A stretch of 64,000 nt of DNA from a virus (IMGVR_UViG_3300031867_000038:9954-73953), one strand, 5' to 3'; positions 31,333 through 42,127 are shown, numbered from the stretch's first letter. The notes: generated by a model from the sequence alone, not told the origin. Numbers and translations: made by a program.

Positions 31333-33300
31333 TTAAAGTGCAAGTAGGTCGTCGACCAAAGCAAGAAAATCTGTTTCTGAAAGAATTGGAATATTCAATT
31401 TTTTAGCAGTTAGATTTTTTGCAGTAGTAGATTCAGTGTCATTATTAATAAGATAGTCAGTTTTGCTTGTAACTGAACCAGTTACTTTTCCGCCATGATT
31501 CTCAATCCATTGTTTAAGACTATCCCTATTATTCCACTTATATATTTTACCAGTAATACAAAATTGCTTACCTGTAAAAATCTGTGTTTTATTTTCATTA
31601 GGGTCTTCTTGAAAAACCATTCTTGCAGCTACATCATCCATAACCTCAAAATCATAATTATGGATATTATTATTCATAATATAACCAAAATCAGGAAGAT
31701 GACTAAAATCTTTACCTTCAAGAACAGCTGATTTAAATGCCTGCCATGTTTTATAATGATTAGCAATAGTCTTAGATGCTGTTACACCAATCTCTGGAAT
31801 ACCTGCCGCCGCAATCACTCGCCATAGTTCTGTATATCTACTTTTCTCTATTGCCGCTAAAATTTTATCTACTGAAGCCGCGCCAAATCCAGGCTTCTTA
31901 ATCCATTCATCACGATGAAGATACAGATCATAAATACTATTAAAGTTTTGTACCCAATTCCAATCAACTAATTTTTCTAAAGTGGCTTTAGAGAGACCTT
32001 TTATATCCATTCCTTTTTTACCACAAAAATGGTCGAATTTATTAATTAATTTACCATCACAATCAGGATTAGAACAATAAAGAAAATCATCTTTTACTAC
32101 TGTTGGCTCTCCACAAATAGGACAAACTGTTGGCAATTCAAAATGAATATCTTCAGAAGAATTTCTTTGTTCCGCCTGCATAATTTGTGGAATAATCATA
32201 TTCATTTTTGCAACCCAAATTTTTTCTCCTTTATATGGGAAAGAACCAAGCACTTGTTTCATAATATTTAAATTATGGAGTGACGCCCTATTAACTATTG
32301 AATCACCAAAATCAATATCATCAAATTTTGCTACTGGTGTTAACTGACCAGTACGCCCCATAGACCATTCAATTTCTTTAAGTGTAGATTCATATGTTTC
32401 ATCATAAAACTTAAATGCTATACCACCACGGAAATGATGATCTGTTCTACCAAGAGATTGATAGTATTCACAATTATCATACTTAAAAACTAATCCATCA
32501 ATTGGATATTTAAGCTCTTTAGCCATGTCTTTTATAAGATAAATAACATGCTGGATATGCTTTATATCTATTATATCTTCTATTAATGAGACATTAGGGA
32601 CAGAAATAAATCCTAATTCATTAAGACTAATTAATTTACTACTTAATTTATTATATGAACTTCCTTTGATAATATCCCAAGCAACAAAAGTTAAATGTCT
32701 ATTGGCACTTTCTTTTGCATCGAGTAGGCGAATAGACCCTGAAGCAAAATTTCTTGGATTTGCATATTCAGTTGAGAAAGGTTCAAAATCATCGTAAGTA
32801 CAAATGACTTCCCCATCTACTATAAATTCTTCTGCTAAACAAGGAATAATAAGGGGGACTCCTTGCACAAAATTAATATTATGAGTAATATCTTCTCCAA
32901 TAATACCATTCCCACGAGTCTCTGCGCTAACTAATTTACCATCTTTATATAAAAGAGAACATGTTAAACCATCCATTTTAGCCATAGCGATAGCGTCATG
33001 TCCCTGAAGAAAATTTACTATTTCTTCTTCATTTTTGGTTTTTTGAAGTGAAAGCATTGGATGATTATGCTCTACTTTTTCAAGAGAATTTTTTACAGCA
33101 TAATTAATTTTAATAGTCGGAGAATTAGATAAAATAACTCCAGATTTTTTTTCAAGTTCTAGAAGTTGAAAATACATATAATCCCATTCTTTATCTGAAA
33201 TTGCGGGATTCCCTTCATCATATAATTTTGTATAATAATTAAGTTTTTCAACTAAATTTCGCATTATATCAATATTAAAGTTATGAAACATATTTATCAC
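31333..33300 (-). CDS. ligA: NAD-dependent DNA ligase
   Basis: HPMLSL, KMDG, TRGNG..GEDIT, NPRN, DGLVFK, CPIC Zn finger, BRCT. Confidence 0.95.
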   Translation of the reverse strand: MINMFHNFNIDIMRNLVEKLNYYTKLYDEGNPAISDKEWDYMYFQLLELEKKSGVILSNSPTIKINYAVKNSLEKVEHNHPMLSLQKTKNEEEIVNFLQGHDAIAMAKMDGLTCSLLYKDGKLVSAETRGNGIIGEDITHNINFVQGVPLIIPCLAEEFIVDGEVICTYDDFEPFSTEYANPRNFASGSIRLLDAKESANRHLTFVAWDIIKGSSYNKLSSKLISLNELGFISVPNVSLIEDIIDIKHIQHVIYLIKDMAKELKYPIDGLVFKYDNCEYYQSLGRTDHHFRGGIAFKFYDETYESTLKEIEWSMGRTGQLTPVAKFDDIDFGDSIVNRASLHNLNIMKQVLGSFPYKGEKIWVAKMNMIIPQIMQAEQRNSSEDIHFELPTVCPICGEPTVVKDDFLYCSNPDCDGKLINKFDHFCGKKGMDIKGLSKATLEKLVDWNWVQNFNSIYDLYLHRDEWIKKPGFGAASVDKILAAIEKSRYTELWRVIAAAGIPEIGVTASKTIANHYKTWQAFKSAVLEGKDFSHLPDFGYIMNNNIHNYDFEVMDDVAARMVFQEDPNENKTQIFTGKQFCITGKIYKWNNRDSLKQWIENHGGKVTGSVTSKTDYLINNDTESTTAKNLTAKKLNIPILSETDFLALVDDLLAL

Positions 33301-33338
33301 CTTTTTAGTAAAGTAAGAGAATAAAATATTCTCTTACT

Positions 33339-35681
33339 TTAAAGTTTAGTAGCTTCAGTAATTTTACTATTTTTAATCATAATATTGCCTAAAGTGATAC
33401 GTCCACCAATAGGAATATCAGACGCTGAAATACAAATTGAACTAGGAATTCCTGTTAACAAAATAGTATCTGTGGGATTTACTAGGATAGCTGATGCTAA
33501 TTCTCCAGTTGCAGCGCATGGTTTATATGTATAGATGCCGTGGCCGCCCCTTGCTTGGACGGGGAACTCCTTGATATCAGTCATTTTACCTAGACCCTTT
33601 TCTGAAAAAACTGCTAGATATTGTTTCTTGCCTATAGGAAGCCCCGCAATTACATAGTCATTATCTACTAGTTTAATAGCTCTAACTCCTGAAGCAACTC
33701 TTCCTACAGGAGTAATTTCTGTAGACATAAAATGAATTGCTAAACCTTGTTTAGTAACTACAACTAAATCTTCATCTTTTACAAAAGTAACACTAACAAT
33801 TTCATCATTAGCATCTTTGAATTTAATTGCTTGAATACCAGTGGTTTTCTTAGTATCCATATATTCTTTAATTTTAGTCTTTTTAACTAAGCCATTCTTC
33901 GTAAAGAAAATAACATATTCTGCATTAGTATCTCTATATAATGAAGATACAGCACAAACTTTTTCATCAGGCTCAAACTTACAAAGAGAAGAAATAGGAA
34001 CTCCGCCAGAAGTATTATTACCTTCAGGAATTTTTTCTACTAACATTCTATATAATTTACCTTTATTAGTAAATATCATAAGAGTATCAATAGTATTTGT
34101 ACTAATTAAAGAAAGAATAGCATTATCCGTAGTTTTTACACCTTTCCCAGCTCTATTTTGTGACTTAAAGCTGGCCCGCGCTATTCTCTTAACATTCCCT
34201 GCTTTTGTCATAACCACCACAACATCTTCAGGAACTACTTCAGCAATTTCTTTTTCTTTTGTTGAAATATTAATTTGAGCTAATTCTGTTCTTCTATTGT
34301 CTCCATACTTTTTAACAATAGAACTAAGACGGTCTTTAAGAATTTCTTCTTGCTTTTCACGAGAAGCCAAAATCCATTGAAGATTTTTAATGGTATTTAA
34401 AAGATCAGTAGCCTCTTTTTCAAGTTCAACTTTTTCTAACTTGGCAAGAGAAGAAAGTCGCATAGCTAGAATAGCTTTTGCTTGATTATCTGTAAATTGA
34501 TATTTTTCAATCAATTTAATCTTTGCGGCCGCCGCACTTTCAGATCCTTTAATTAGAGCGATGATATTATCAATATCTTCTAATGCTCTAAGTAAACCAT
34601 TTACAATCTCTAATCTATCTACAGCTTTATCTAAATCAAATTGAGTTTCTTTTAAAATACATTCAATATTATGAGCTACATAAATTTGAATACATTGTTT
34701 TAGATTAAGTTCAGTTGGAACCTTATCTACAAGAGCTACTTGATTATAACTAAAAGAGGTCTGAAGATCAGTCTTTGCAAAGAGTTGATTTACTATTACT
34801 TCAGGATTAATTCCTGAATCACATCTAATAACAATATTCAGCTTACCTTTGCTGCTACTATTGATGACTTCATCAATGCCTTCTATTTCTTTTGCATCAC
34901 AAGCATCGCCAATTTGTTTAATCAATACTTCTGTAGAAGTCCCATAGGGAATTTCATAAAAGATAATATCTTGCTTTTTAATTTCATATTTACCACGAAT
35001 TTTAACAGACCCGTGCCCGCTCTTCATAATAATAGGAATATCATCTTTATTAATAACAATTCCACCTGTGGGGAAATCTGGACCAGGAAGAGTTGGTTCT
35101 TTCCCATCAAGGTAATCAAAAATAGCTTGAGCAACTTCTTTAAGGTTATGCGGCGCCCAGTTACATGACATTGCTACTCCAATGCCGCTATTAGGGTTAC
35201 ATAAAAGATTGGGGAAAGCCGCAGGAAGAGTTGTAGGTTCTTCTAGAGTTTCATCATAGTTTGGGATAAATGGTACATTATTTTTCTTTAGTCCAATTAA
35301 CATACCATCTTCAGCTAACTTTGACAGGCGGGCTTCAGTGTAACGATATGCGGCAGGTCCATCTCCGCCAATATTACCTAGATTACCATGAAAATCCATC
35401 AATGGATATCGCATAACCCAAGGCTGAGCTAATCTTACAAGAGCTCCATAGATACTGGAATCTCCATGAGGATGGAATTGACCCATTACATCACCAACAA
35501 TCTTTGCGCATTTGACATGAGCTTTATTGTTAGTATATCCGCTATGAAGTGCGCCATATAAGATTCTTCGTGCAACAGGCTTAAGACCACTCTTTGCATC
35601 AGGGATAGATCTATCTGTATTAACGGCTACTGCATATTCAATAAAGTTCTGAGATAATTCATTTATCAGATCATTAGTCAT
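33339..35681 (-). CDS. gyrA: type IIA topoisomerase subunit A (GyrA-like)
   Basis: DGLKPV, HPHGDSSIY, AAYRYTEARL, C-terminal beta-pinwheel repeats. Confidence 0.95.
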   Translation of the reverse strand: MTNDLINELSQNFIEYAVAVNTDRSIPDAKSGLKPVARRILYGALHSGYTNNKAHVKCAKIVGDVMGQFHPHGDSSIYGALVRLAQPWVMRYPLMDFHGNLGNIGGDGPAAYRYTEARLSKLAEDGMLIGLKKNNVPFIPNYDETLEEPTTLPAAFPNLLCNPNSGIGVAMSCNWAPHNLKEVAQAIFDYLDGKEPTLPGPDFPTGGIVINKDDIPIIMKSGHGSVKIRGKYEIKKQDIIFYEIPYGTSTEVLIKQIGDACDAKEIEGIDEVINSSSKGKLNIVIRCDSGINPEVIVNQLFAKTDLQTSFSYNQVALVDKVPTELNLKQCIQIYVAHNIECILKETQFDLDKAVDRLEIVNGLLRALEDIDNIIALIKGSESAAAAKIKLIEKYQFTDNQAKAILAMRLSSLAKLEKVELEKEATDLLNTIKNLQWILASREKQEEILKDRLSSIVKKYGDNRRTELAQINISTKEKEIAEVVPEDVVVVMTKAGNVKRIARASFKSQNRAGKGVKTTDNAILSLISTNTIDTLMIFTNKGKLYRMLVEKIPEGNNTSGGVPISSLCKFEPDEKVCAVSSLYRDTNAEYVIFFTKNGLVKKTKIKEYMDTKKTTGIQAIKFKDANDEIVSVTFVKDEDLVVVTKQGLAIHFMSTEITPVGRVASGVRAIKLVDNDYVIAGLPIGKKQYLAVFSEKGLGKMTDIKEFPVQARGGHGIYTYKPCAATGELASAILVNPTDTILLTGIPSSICISASDIPIGGRITLGNIMIKNSKITEATKL

Positions 35682-36243
35682 TATAAGTAGCCTCCTCGTC
35701 TACAAATTCCCATTTTAAAGGCTCTCCAGTAATAGGATGCCTACCATTAGTTTTTAATCGGGTTGAATGATTTGCAACTTGTCTAATATGATTTCTGTCT
35801 CCTCCTACACACCATTCAACAGCTCTATTTGCATTAGCAAAGATTTCTCCTGTATTAACACATCTAATTCTTTTACCTTTATTATAATTATGATGTTTTT
35901 CACCAGATTGAGCTTCTGATAATTTTTTTCGAGTTTCTAAACTTAAAGCTCCTTTAGAGCCAGCATCTCGTATATTATAACCATAATTTTCATCTTTGGT
36001 TTTATATAAATTAATATAATATTGTTCTCTAATTACAGCTTGTTCTTCAGTTAATTTATCTTCTAAAATTGAAGCAGTAAAATTTTCCCACCCATATTTT
36101 TCAATAGCATTATAAAAATGTCTAGAATTTTTATATCTTTTTCCATTAATACCAGCTCTACAACTTAAAGATACACAAGTTTGTCCTATATATTTTTTAT
36201 GATTAATATTATTTTCATACATATAAACTTTATATTCTTTCAT
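35674..36243 (-). CDS. free-standing GIY-YIG homing endonuclease
   Basis: KVYMYENNINHKKYIGQT; SLETRKKLSEA NUMOD3-like; IRCVNTG. Confidence 0.85.
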   Translation of the reverse strand: MKEYKVYMYENNINHKKYIGQTCVSLSCRAGINGKRYKNSRHFYNAIEKYGWENFTASILEDKLTEEQAVIREQYYINLYKTKDENYGYNIRDAGSKGALSLETRKKLSEAQSGEKHHNYNKGKRIRCVNTGEIFANANRAVEWCVGGDRNHIRQVANHSTRLKTNGRHPITGEPLKWEFVDEEATYND

Positions 36244-36252
36244 AATATTACC

Positions 36253-39200
36253 TCATATTGTATATACTGCATCTTTTGCGTGTGTTTTAATAAAATTCTT
36301 ACGAGGGATTACTGCTTCTCCCATAAGATCATCAAAAAGTCTATTTGCTTTTTCAACATCTTCAACTGTGATTTGTTGAATGATTCTTTGTTCTGGATCA
36401 ACAAGAATCTCAGTTTCTTCTGCTGACAATTCACCAAGACCTTTGAGTCGATTTACTGTATATTTTTTATTACGATTTTTAGCCCTATATGCTTCAAGAG
36501 CTTCATCATTTTTAAGATAAAGATAATTGTCTTTACCTTCAGTAATTTTATAAAGTGGGGGGATGCCGCCATATACATAGCCATCAAGAATTAATTCAGG
36601 ACAGAATGTCCATATAAAAGTATAGAATAGATTCTTAATATGACTACCATCTACATCCAGTTATTCGTAGCTTTCACTACGCCCTGACTATATCTTACCT
36701 GCAAATAGCAGGGACACCATTTCGAGTTGCGTATCAATAGCAACCCTACTCCCACGATTCTGGGATAGTCGATACAGGTTCAAACATTAATCCATTTCTT
36801 TTCTTTTTTCTTATAAATAGGTAAATCAGAATAATTGCGACCCCAAAGAATTTGTTGGAATGAAGTAAAATTTACTCTATCTTTATAGTCTTCATATATT
36901 TCTTTAGCTGTTTTATTAACATACTCAGTTCTAATTTTAATAATTTCTTCATTTGTGAACTGAGCAAATTTACCATTTTCGCCTTTACTATTTTGTTTTA
37001 TATAGTATTCTTTATTTTCTTTAGTAAAGACTTCAGGCATCACATGACCCCATGCTCTACCTTGCCAAAGATTTTGGAAATATTGAAAACTTATTTTATC
37101 AGCAAATTCTTGGTAAACATCTTTTTGCTTTAAATGATTATTATATGCAATTCGGATCTTTTTTACATCATCTTCAGTTAATTTTGCATTTGGATTATTA
37201 TTGCCAACGACATTACGTAATCCACCATCAAATTTATTACCTGAAGCTTTTGCATTTAATTTTGTAATCCAGTAAGCTTCTCGTTCATCCAATTGATCTA
37301 ATGAACACTCTTCCAATACTTCATAATTAAAAGCATTTTTACCTTTTTCTTTAATATATCCATCAAAAGGAATACGAGTTTGTTCATATGTTTTTATTTT
37401 ATGTTCATTGAAGCGTCTTTCAATATCATTACTTTTACCAATATAAAACATTGCTGGATTATTTTTTTCTGTTATTTTATAAATACCTATCATAATGATT
37501 TCTCCTTTAATATTTAATTAAAAGAGAAATGGATAATGTTTGTTTCCCACGGGATTACCATGCTTATTTATTAAGTTTAGGTTTCCCCGTTAGCACTTAT
37601 CATTTCTCTTTATTGGATATGAGATTGATGTGTGACACATGAATCTCTTTTGCCCAATAAATTAAAATTTTAAGTACCCCGCGGATCAGCGGAAAAGTGT
37701 TACACAGCCAATGTTACTTAGCATCACTCTCGATTATAATCTTTCCATATCTTAGATCTTTTGGATCATAGGTCAGCCGCATAGTTTTCATATCAACTTT
37801 AAGACCAAAAGCTTCAATCATAGTCATAATTTCAGCGTTCTTTTGAATCTTATCTAGACTTGCTTTACGAACGTTTAAAATTTTACCACGCACAGGAAGT
37901 ACCGCCTGAGTTTCTGCATTTCTAGCCTCTTTAAGATTACCCGAGGCGCTATCCGTATTATCCTATATTTCTATAGGTACTGACTAACTCTTCGCTCCGA
38001 CTTGTCAAGTCATCAACGCGTCCTCTATTTCCAACTATGTATCAATAATAGTTGTACTTCCGATCTCACTCGGAATAGTCGATACAGCTTATTGTATATC
38101 TTTATAAGTTTGGCGAGTAATTATATTATATACTGTAGTCCATGCTTTATTAGGAGCATATTTTAACCAAACTTGTTTAGGACTTAAGCCTTCATCATAA
38201 TCTTTTCTCATTTGACGAACTTCATCGTCTGTAAAACTTCTTTTATTATTTGCAGCTATTTCAGATGGATTAGCTTTAGCTTGATGAGAGTGCCAATATT
38301 TATTTTCTTCATTATGATATTCTGGATAAATATCTTTCCAAGTTTCAAACCACCAGACTTTTTGAAGTCCTCTTTTAGAAATTTTATCCTTATATTCTTC
38401 ATATACCTGTTTAAAAGGAATATGAGCATTATAGCACTCTCTAATATATTTTACATCTTCTTCATTCAGTAAAGCTCTACCATTTTTTGATCCCTTTTGA
38501 GATCTATTTGGATTACTGTCTCCACCTTCAGTAGCATTGTAACCATTATGAAATGAATCATAATATTTAATAAAAAATTTTTCTAATTGGTCTAAAGCTT
38601 CTTTTGAGTATTCTTCTGGTGTTAATGTTGCAATAATTTCAAAATCAAAATTTTCCCATCCATATTTTCTAACAGCTTGATGAAATTGATGGTTATAATC
38701 ATTGGCTTTTTCATTATAAGCAGAAGATTTATGTCCATATTGTCTACGTTCTATATCAATACTTTGACCAATATAGCATTTATTATTAATTTTATTTTGA
38801 TATTTATAAATTCCGATCATATCGGTCACTCCTTTCATTGGAATATGAAGGAGCATGAGAAAAGATTATTAAATTTTGTCCAATTATACAATCTTGCCAC
38901 GGGATTGCCTTCGCCTAACTAAGTTTTGACATACTTAGATAACGGTCAGGTTTCCCCGTTAGCCACTTTATAAGTGACCCCAGTGATGAACTGGAAAAAA
39001 GGATTAGGGCAATAGTTATTTACCCTCAGTGACATAGATCTCACATTTCTTACGATCTCGTCCCCAACAATCAGCGAGTTTGCTGTCAAATTTAACTGCT
39101 TTTTCTTTTTTCTTCTTTTGCTCACGAGCAGCATCTCTAGCCTTTTTTGCAGCTTCTCTTGCTTTACGTGCGGCCGCCGCCTTATCAAAAATAGTTTTAA

Positions 39201-40299
39201 TTTCTTTTTCATTACTAGCAAGCCAATACTGAAGATTATCAGCAATAGCTCCAGTAAAAGGAGTCATATCTAATTTAACAACAGTAGTTTTTACTTGAGC
39301 ATTATAAGCAACATTAGGAGCTGTTAAATTAAAAATAACATAAATACCCTCTTGTATATCTTCTCCAGTAAGATTTTCATCTTTTTCTTTTAACCATTTT
39401 TTTTCTCTGAAAAATTTATTAAATTCTTTAGTTAATAGACTTTTAACTTGAGTAATATGAGGACCTGATTCTGTTAATCCAGTATTAACATAAGGGATAA
39501 AAGTAGATGAATACATAGAAGTATATGTAAGTACCATATCCATCTTATTTTTACCTTGCGCGAATTGCATATTAAATCTATTTTTAATAAGTTCTTTATC
39601 TTTTACAGCTTTATCAACAAGATCATTTATTCCTTTTGAAGAAACATATACAGTTTTTTCATCGAGATAGGTAAGATTAATCGTAAGTCCAGGACAAAGA
39701 GCTGTAATAGTTTCACAAAGATTTTTAATCTTATTGATTTCTACTTCTGGATGTGTAAAAAATTCTTCACTAGGTAGCCATTCTACTAAAGTACCAGAAG
39801 GAATTTTTTTATCTACTTTTGCACTAGTTCGTTTTTCAAAAATTCCTTCTTTAAAGAAAATATGTTCTTGTTCTCCATCTCGACAAGTACACACTTGAAG
39901 CCAATGGCTTAGAAATGTAGTAATTTTAGAACCAATACCAAAAGAACCTAATGAAGTGCCTTCATAAGTACCATCTTCACGATATTTACCAGAAGTATTT
40001 AATACACTAAAAGCTGCTTCAAGAATAGTTTTCCCGTCATCTCTATAGCTATTAGGAATAAATCCTTGGCCATAATCTCGGACTCTTATGACATTATTTT
40101 TATCAATACTTATATCAATTTGATTTCCATGTCCTAATCTAAATTCATCAATAGCATTAGATAGAATCTCAATCAAAAGTTGAGTAGAATAGGTGGTGTC
40201 ACCCGCGTATACACCTGGTTTTAGACGAGTGAAAGTTAATGGGTCTAGACTTTCAATACTATTTTTAGTATATAAATTTTTTTTCTTTCTTTCTGCCAT
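36253..40299 (-). CDS. gyrB: type IIA topoisomerase subunit B, spliced (exons 40299-39022, 37953-37720, 36657-36253; 638 aa)
   Basis: GHKL motifs; the joins give TEG|DSA and ESDA|DVDG; PVRGK, RLKGLGE. Confidence 0.93.
36658..37719 (-). mobile_element. group I intron 2 in gyrB
   Basis: GCU|...G boundaries; CCUGUAUCGACUA and AAGAUAUAGUC core. Confidence 0.9.
36780..37493 (-). CDS. intron-encoded GIY-YIG homing endonuclease
   Basis: MIGIYKITE...FYIGKS...RRFNEH; repeated C-terminal helical units. Confidence 0.9.
   Translation of the reverse strand: MIGIYKITEKNNPAMFYIGKSNDIERRFNEHKIKTYEQTRIPFDGYIKEKGKNAFNYEVLEECSLDQLDEREAYWITKLNAKASGNKFDGGLRNVVGNNNPNAKLTEDDVKKIRIAYNNHLKQKDVYQEFADKISFQYFQNLWQGRAWGHVMPEVFTKENKEYYIKQNSKGENGKFAQFTNEEIIKIRTEYVNKTAKEIYEDYKDRVNFTSFQQILWGRNYSDLPIYKKKEKKWINV
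37954..39021 (-). mobile_element. group I intron 1 in gyrB
   Basis: GGU|...G boundaries; P1 AGGGU/GCCCU; GCUGUAUCGACUA and AAGAGUUAGUC core. Confidence 0.9.
38089..38820 (-). CDS. intron-encoded GIY-YIG homing endonuclease
   Basis: MIGIYKYQNKINNKCYIGQS; start ATG 38820 with AAAGGAG RBS. Confidence 0.9.
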   Translation of the reverse strand: MIGIYKYQNKINNKCYIGQSIDIERRQYGHKSSAYNEKANDYNHQFHQAVRKYGWENFDFEIIATLTPEEYSKEALDQLEKFFIKYYDSFHNGYNATEGGDSNPNRSQKGSKNGRALLNEEDVKYIRECYNAHIPFKQVYEEYKDKISKRGLQKVWWFETWKDIYPEYHNEENKYWHSHQAKANPSEIAANNKRSFTDDEVRQMRKDYDEGLSPKQVWLKYAPNKAWTTVYNIITRQTYKDIQ

Positions 40300-40471
40300 A
40301 AATTACCTCATCCACATTTTTCCAATAAATTTCCATTTGTTCTTTTGTAGGGTAAATCCATCCATCATGAATACCTATAGTAATATATCTTTCATCATTA
40401 AGATACTCTTGAGGAATAGGATAAAACCCCCCAAATTCTATTTTCAATTTTTCCCTTCCTTTTTCATTCAT
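40265..40471 (-). CDS. small hypothetical protein overlapping the gyrB start
   Basis: Directly downstream of promoter 40479-40507; start uncertain. Confidence 0.4.
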   Translation of the reverse strand: MNEKGREKLKIEFGGFYPIPQEYLNDERYITIGIHDGWIYPTKEQMEIYWKNVDEVIYGRKKEKKFIY

Positions 40472-40478
40472 TTTATAT

Positions 40479-40507
40479 ATTATAACATAGAATTTTTTGT
40501 TTGTCAA
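40479..40507 (-). promoter_or_regulatory. sigmaA promoter of gyrB-gyrA-ligA
   Basis: TTGACA-N17-TATAAT. Confidence 0.8.
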
Positions 40508-40552
40508 GTTTTTGCTTAAAAATTTTAGGAGATTTTTAAGCAAAAAAAATAA

Positions 40553-40583
40553 AAGTGGGTTATCTATTAAGATAACCCACTAT
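40553..40583 (-). terminator. terminator after endolysin
   Basis: AGTGGGTTATCT/AGATAACCCACT inverted repeat. Confidence 0.7.
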
Positions 40584-40586
40584 TTG

Positions 40587-41774
40587 TTAACGAATATATT
40601 GAGAAGCCGCGTATCCAGTTAGTCCATTTCCAGTAATTGCATACCAAGTTGAACCATCGGCAGCTTCAACTACTCTATTTAAAGTAACTGATGTGCCATA
40701 TCGTAATTGACCAATCACATCATAATTCATACCTGGGCCTGATCTTACATTTAAAACACTTGCGGCAACCTTATGTGTATCAGTTGTCGGTGCGGCAGGT
40801 GCTGGATTAAGATCCGCATTAGTATTTTCAGCATATTTACCGTAACCTAAATTAGTTGCAGTATGTTGTGCATCATTAAGAATAATATCTCCAGGAAGTA
40901 AATAACTTGGACCTGTTAGATATTTAGATGCAGTTAATACTTCAAAGCCTGCTGCGCGAAAGCCAGCTCTCATATTGCCAGTATATGTAGCATTAATGTT
41001 TTGTAAAACTGGGATTCCTAATAAATAACCCACAGCTTTGACATTCGCAATGACGCCTGCGGAGCAATCTGCTTCACAAGGGACTGTGATATTTTTAGGC
41101 CAATATCCAACTGAACGGAGTTGATTCCAATAGGTTTGATTCTCTGATTGGTCATAACCAACATTATCATTTTTTGCAGCTTGAATACCTAATTCAGCTA
41201 TATACTCACGAACTTGTCTATTAGGATGACGTAAAATGCATTGCCATCCTTGATTATACCAATTGATAATCCACCATTCTTTTCCAGATTGATCTCCTGC
41301 GCGGCCGCCCCTGATGCCGCCATGTTCATCCTTACCACAGTTAGAAATTTTACCATTATAGTTATTAAAATCTGTGGTGATCTTTGCGGCAGTAATTGGT
41401 GTGGCCGCAGACGAGGCAGGCGCCGCCGCATCGTTATAAGTAGTTGATCCATTCGTTGATGGAGTAATTATTGTTTGATTCTGTTTCTTTTGAGATCCTA
41501 AACGATTTACAAGGCTTTGAATAGCATTATAATCGAAACCAGCATTAGTAATTCTATTTCGACGGTCTACACCTGTTCCCCACTTATTATCTAGAACCTC
41601 TTGTGCTATTTCTTCATTGGTTGCTTGAGCTGGACCGACTCCAAATTCTTTATTAATTAAACTTTGAATTTCAATCCAACTATATCCAGCAGCTTGTAAT
41701 TTTTCTTTGCGTGCGTCACCGTTACCCCATCTGCCTTGTAAAACTTCTTGTACAATTTGATTGGGATTTGCCAT
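40587..41774 (-). CDS. endolysin (2x Cpl-7/CW_7, papain-like ADCS...H catalytic domain, SH3b)
   Basis: EVLQGRWGNG repeats; GYDQ...ADCSA...HTA; VLNVRSGPG. Confidence 0.88.
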   Translation of the reverse strand: MANPNQIVQEVLQGRWGNGDARKEKLQAAGYSWIEIQSLINKEFGVGPAQATNEEIAQEVLDNKWGTGVDRRNRITNAGFDYNAIQSLVNRLGSQKKQNQTIITPSTNGSTTYNDAAAPASSAATPITAAKITTDFNNYNGKISNCGKDEHGGIRGGRAGDQSGKEWWIINWYNQGWQCILRHPNRQVREYIAELGIQAAKNDNVGYDQSENQTYWNQLRSVGYWPKNITVPCEADCSAGVIANVKAVGYLLGIPVLQNINATYTGNMRAGFRAAGFEVLTASKYLTGPSYLLPGDIILNDAQHTATNLGYGKYAENTNADLNPAPAAPTTDTHKVAASVLNVRSGPGMNYDVIGQLRYGTSVTLNRVVEAADGSTWYAITGNGLTGYAASQYIR

Positions 41775-41776
41775 GA

Positions 41777-42127
41777 TTACACTACCTTATCTCCAAAATT
41801 AATAAATTCTTGAATATTAGTATTGCTTTCCATTAAATGTCTTAAAGTTACAAGAGCTTCATCTACTAATTCGCAGAATTTTTCAAATTTTAATACAGCT
41901 GCAACTTGAGGGAATTTAGCTACAAACATATCATAAACTTTAGCGAGTTTAAGTTTGCCAGTGCCTGCTCCCATTTCTTGTTCTGCTTCAGCAGTAGCAT
42001 ATAAAAGCCAATTTTTAACAATGGCTAATTTGGCATCGGTAGGAGCTTTAATAAACTTATTAATAAAATATCCTATAACAATACCAATAGCTAAAATGCA
42101 AATTCCATAAAAAATGTAATCGTTCAT
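41777..42127 (-). CDS. putative holin
   Basis: One N-terminal TM, AEQEMGAGTGKLKL motif, adjacent to lysin. Confidence 0.65.
   Translation of the reverse strand: MNDYIFYGICILAIGIVIGYFINKFIKAPTDAKLAIVKNWLLYATAEAEQEMGAGTGKLKLAKVYDMFVAKFPQVAAVLKFEKFCELVDEALVTLRHLMESNTNIQEFINFGDKVV

Noticed and set aside
10144-35681. Inteins in DnaE, DnaB, LigA or GyrA
   Set aside because: No C/S...HN-C/S/T splice motifs or unexplained length excess noticed
16890-40299. recJ, Sak4-like ATPase and gyrB as pseudogenes or split genes
   Set aside because: Removing U|...G-bounded group I introns restores the frames and the catalytic motifs exactly
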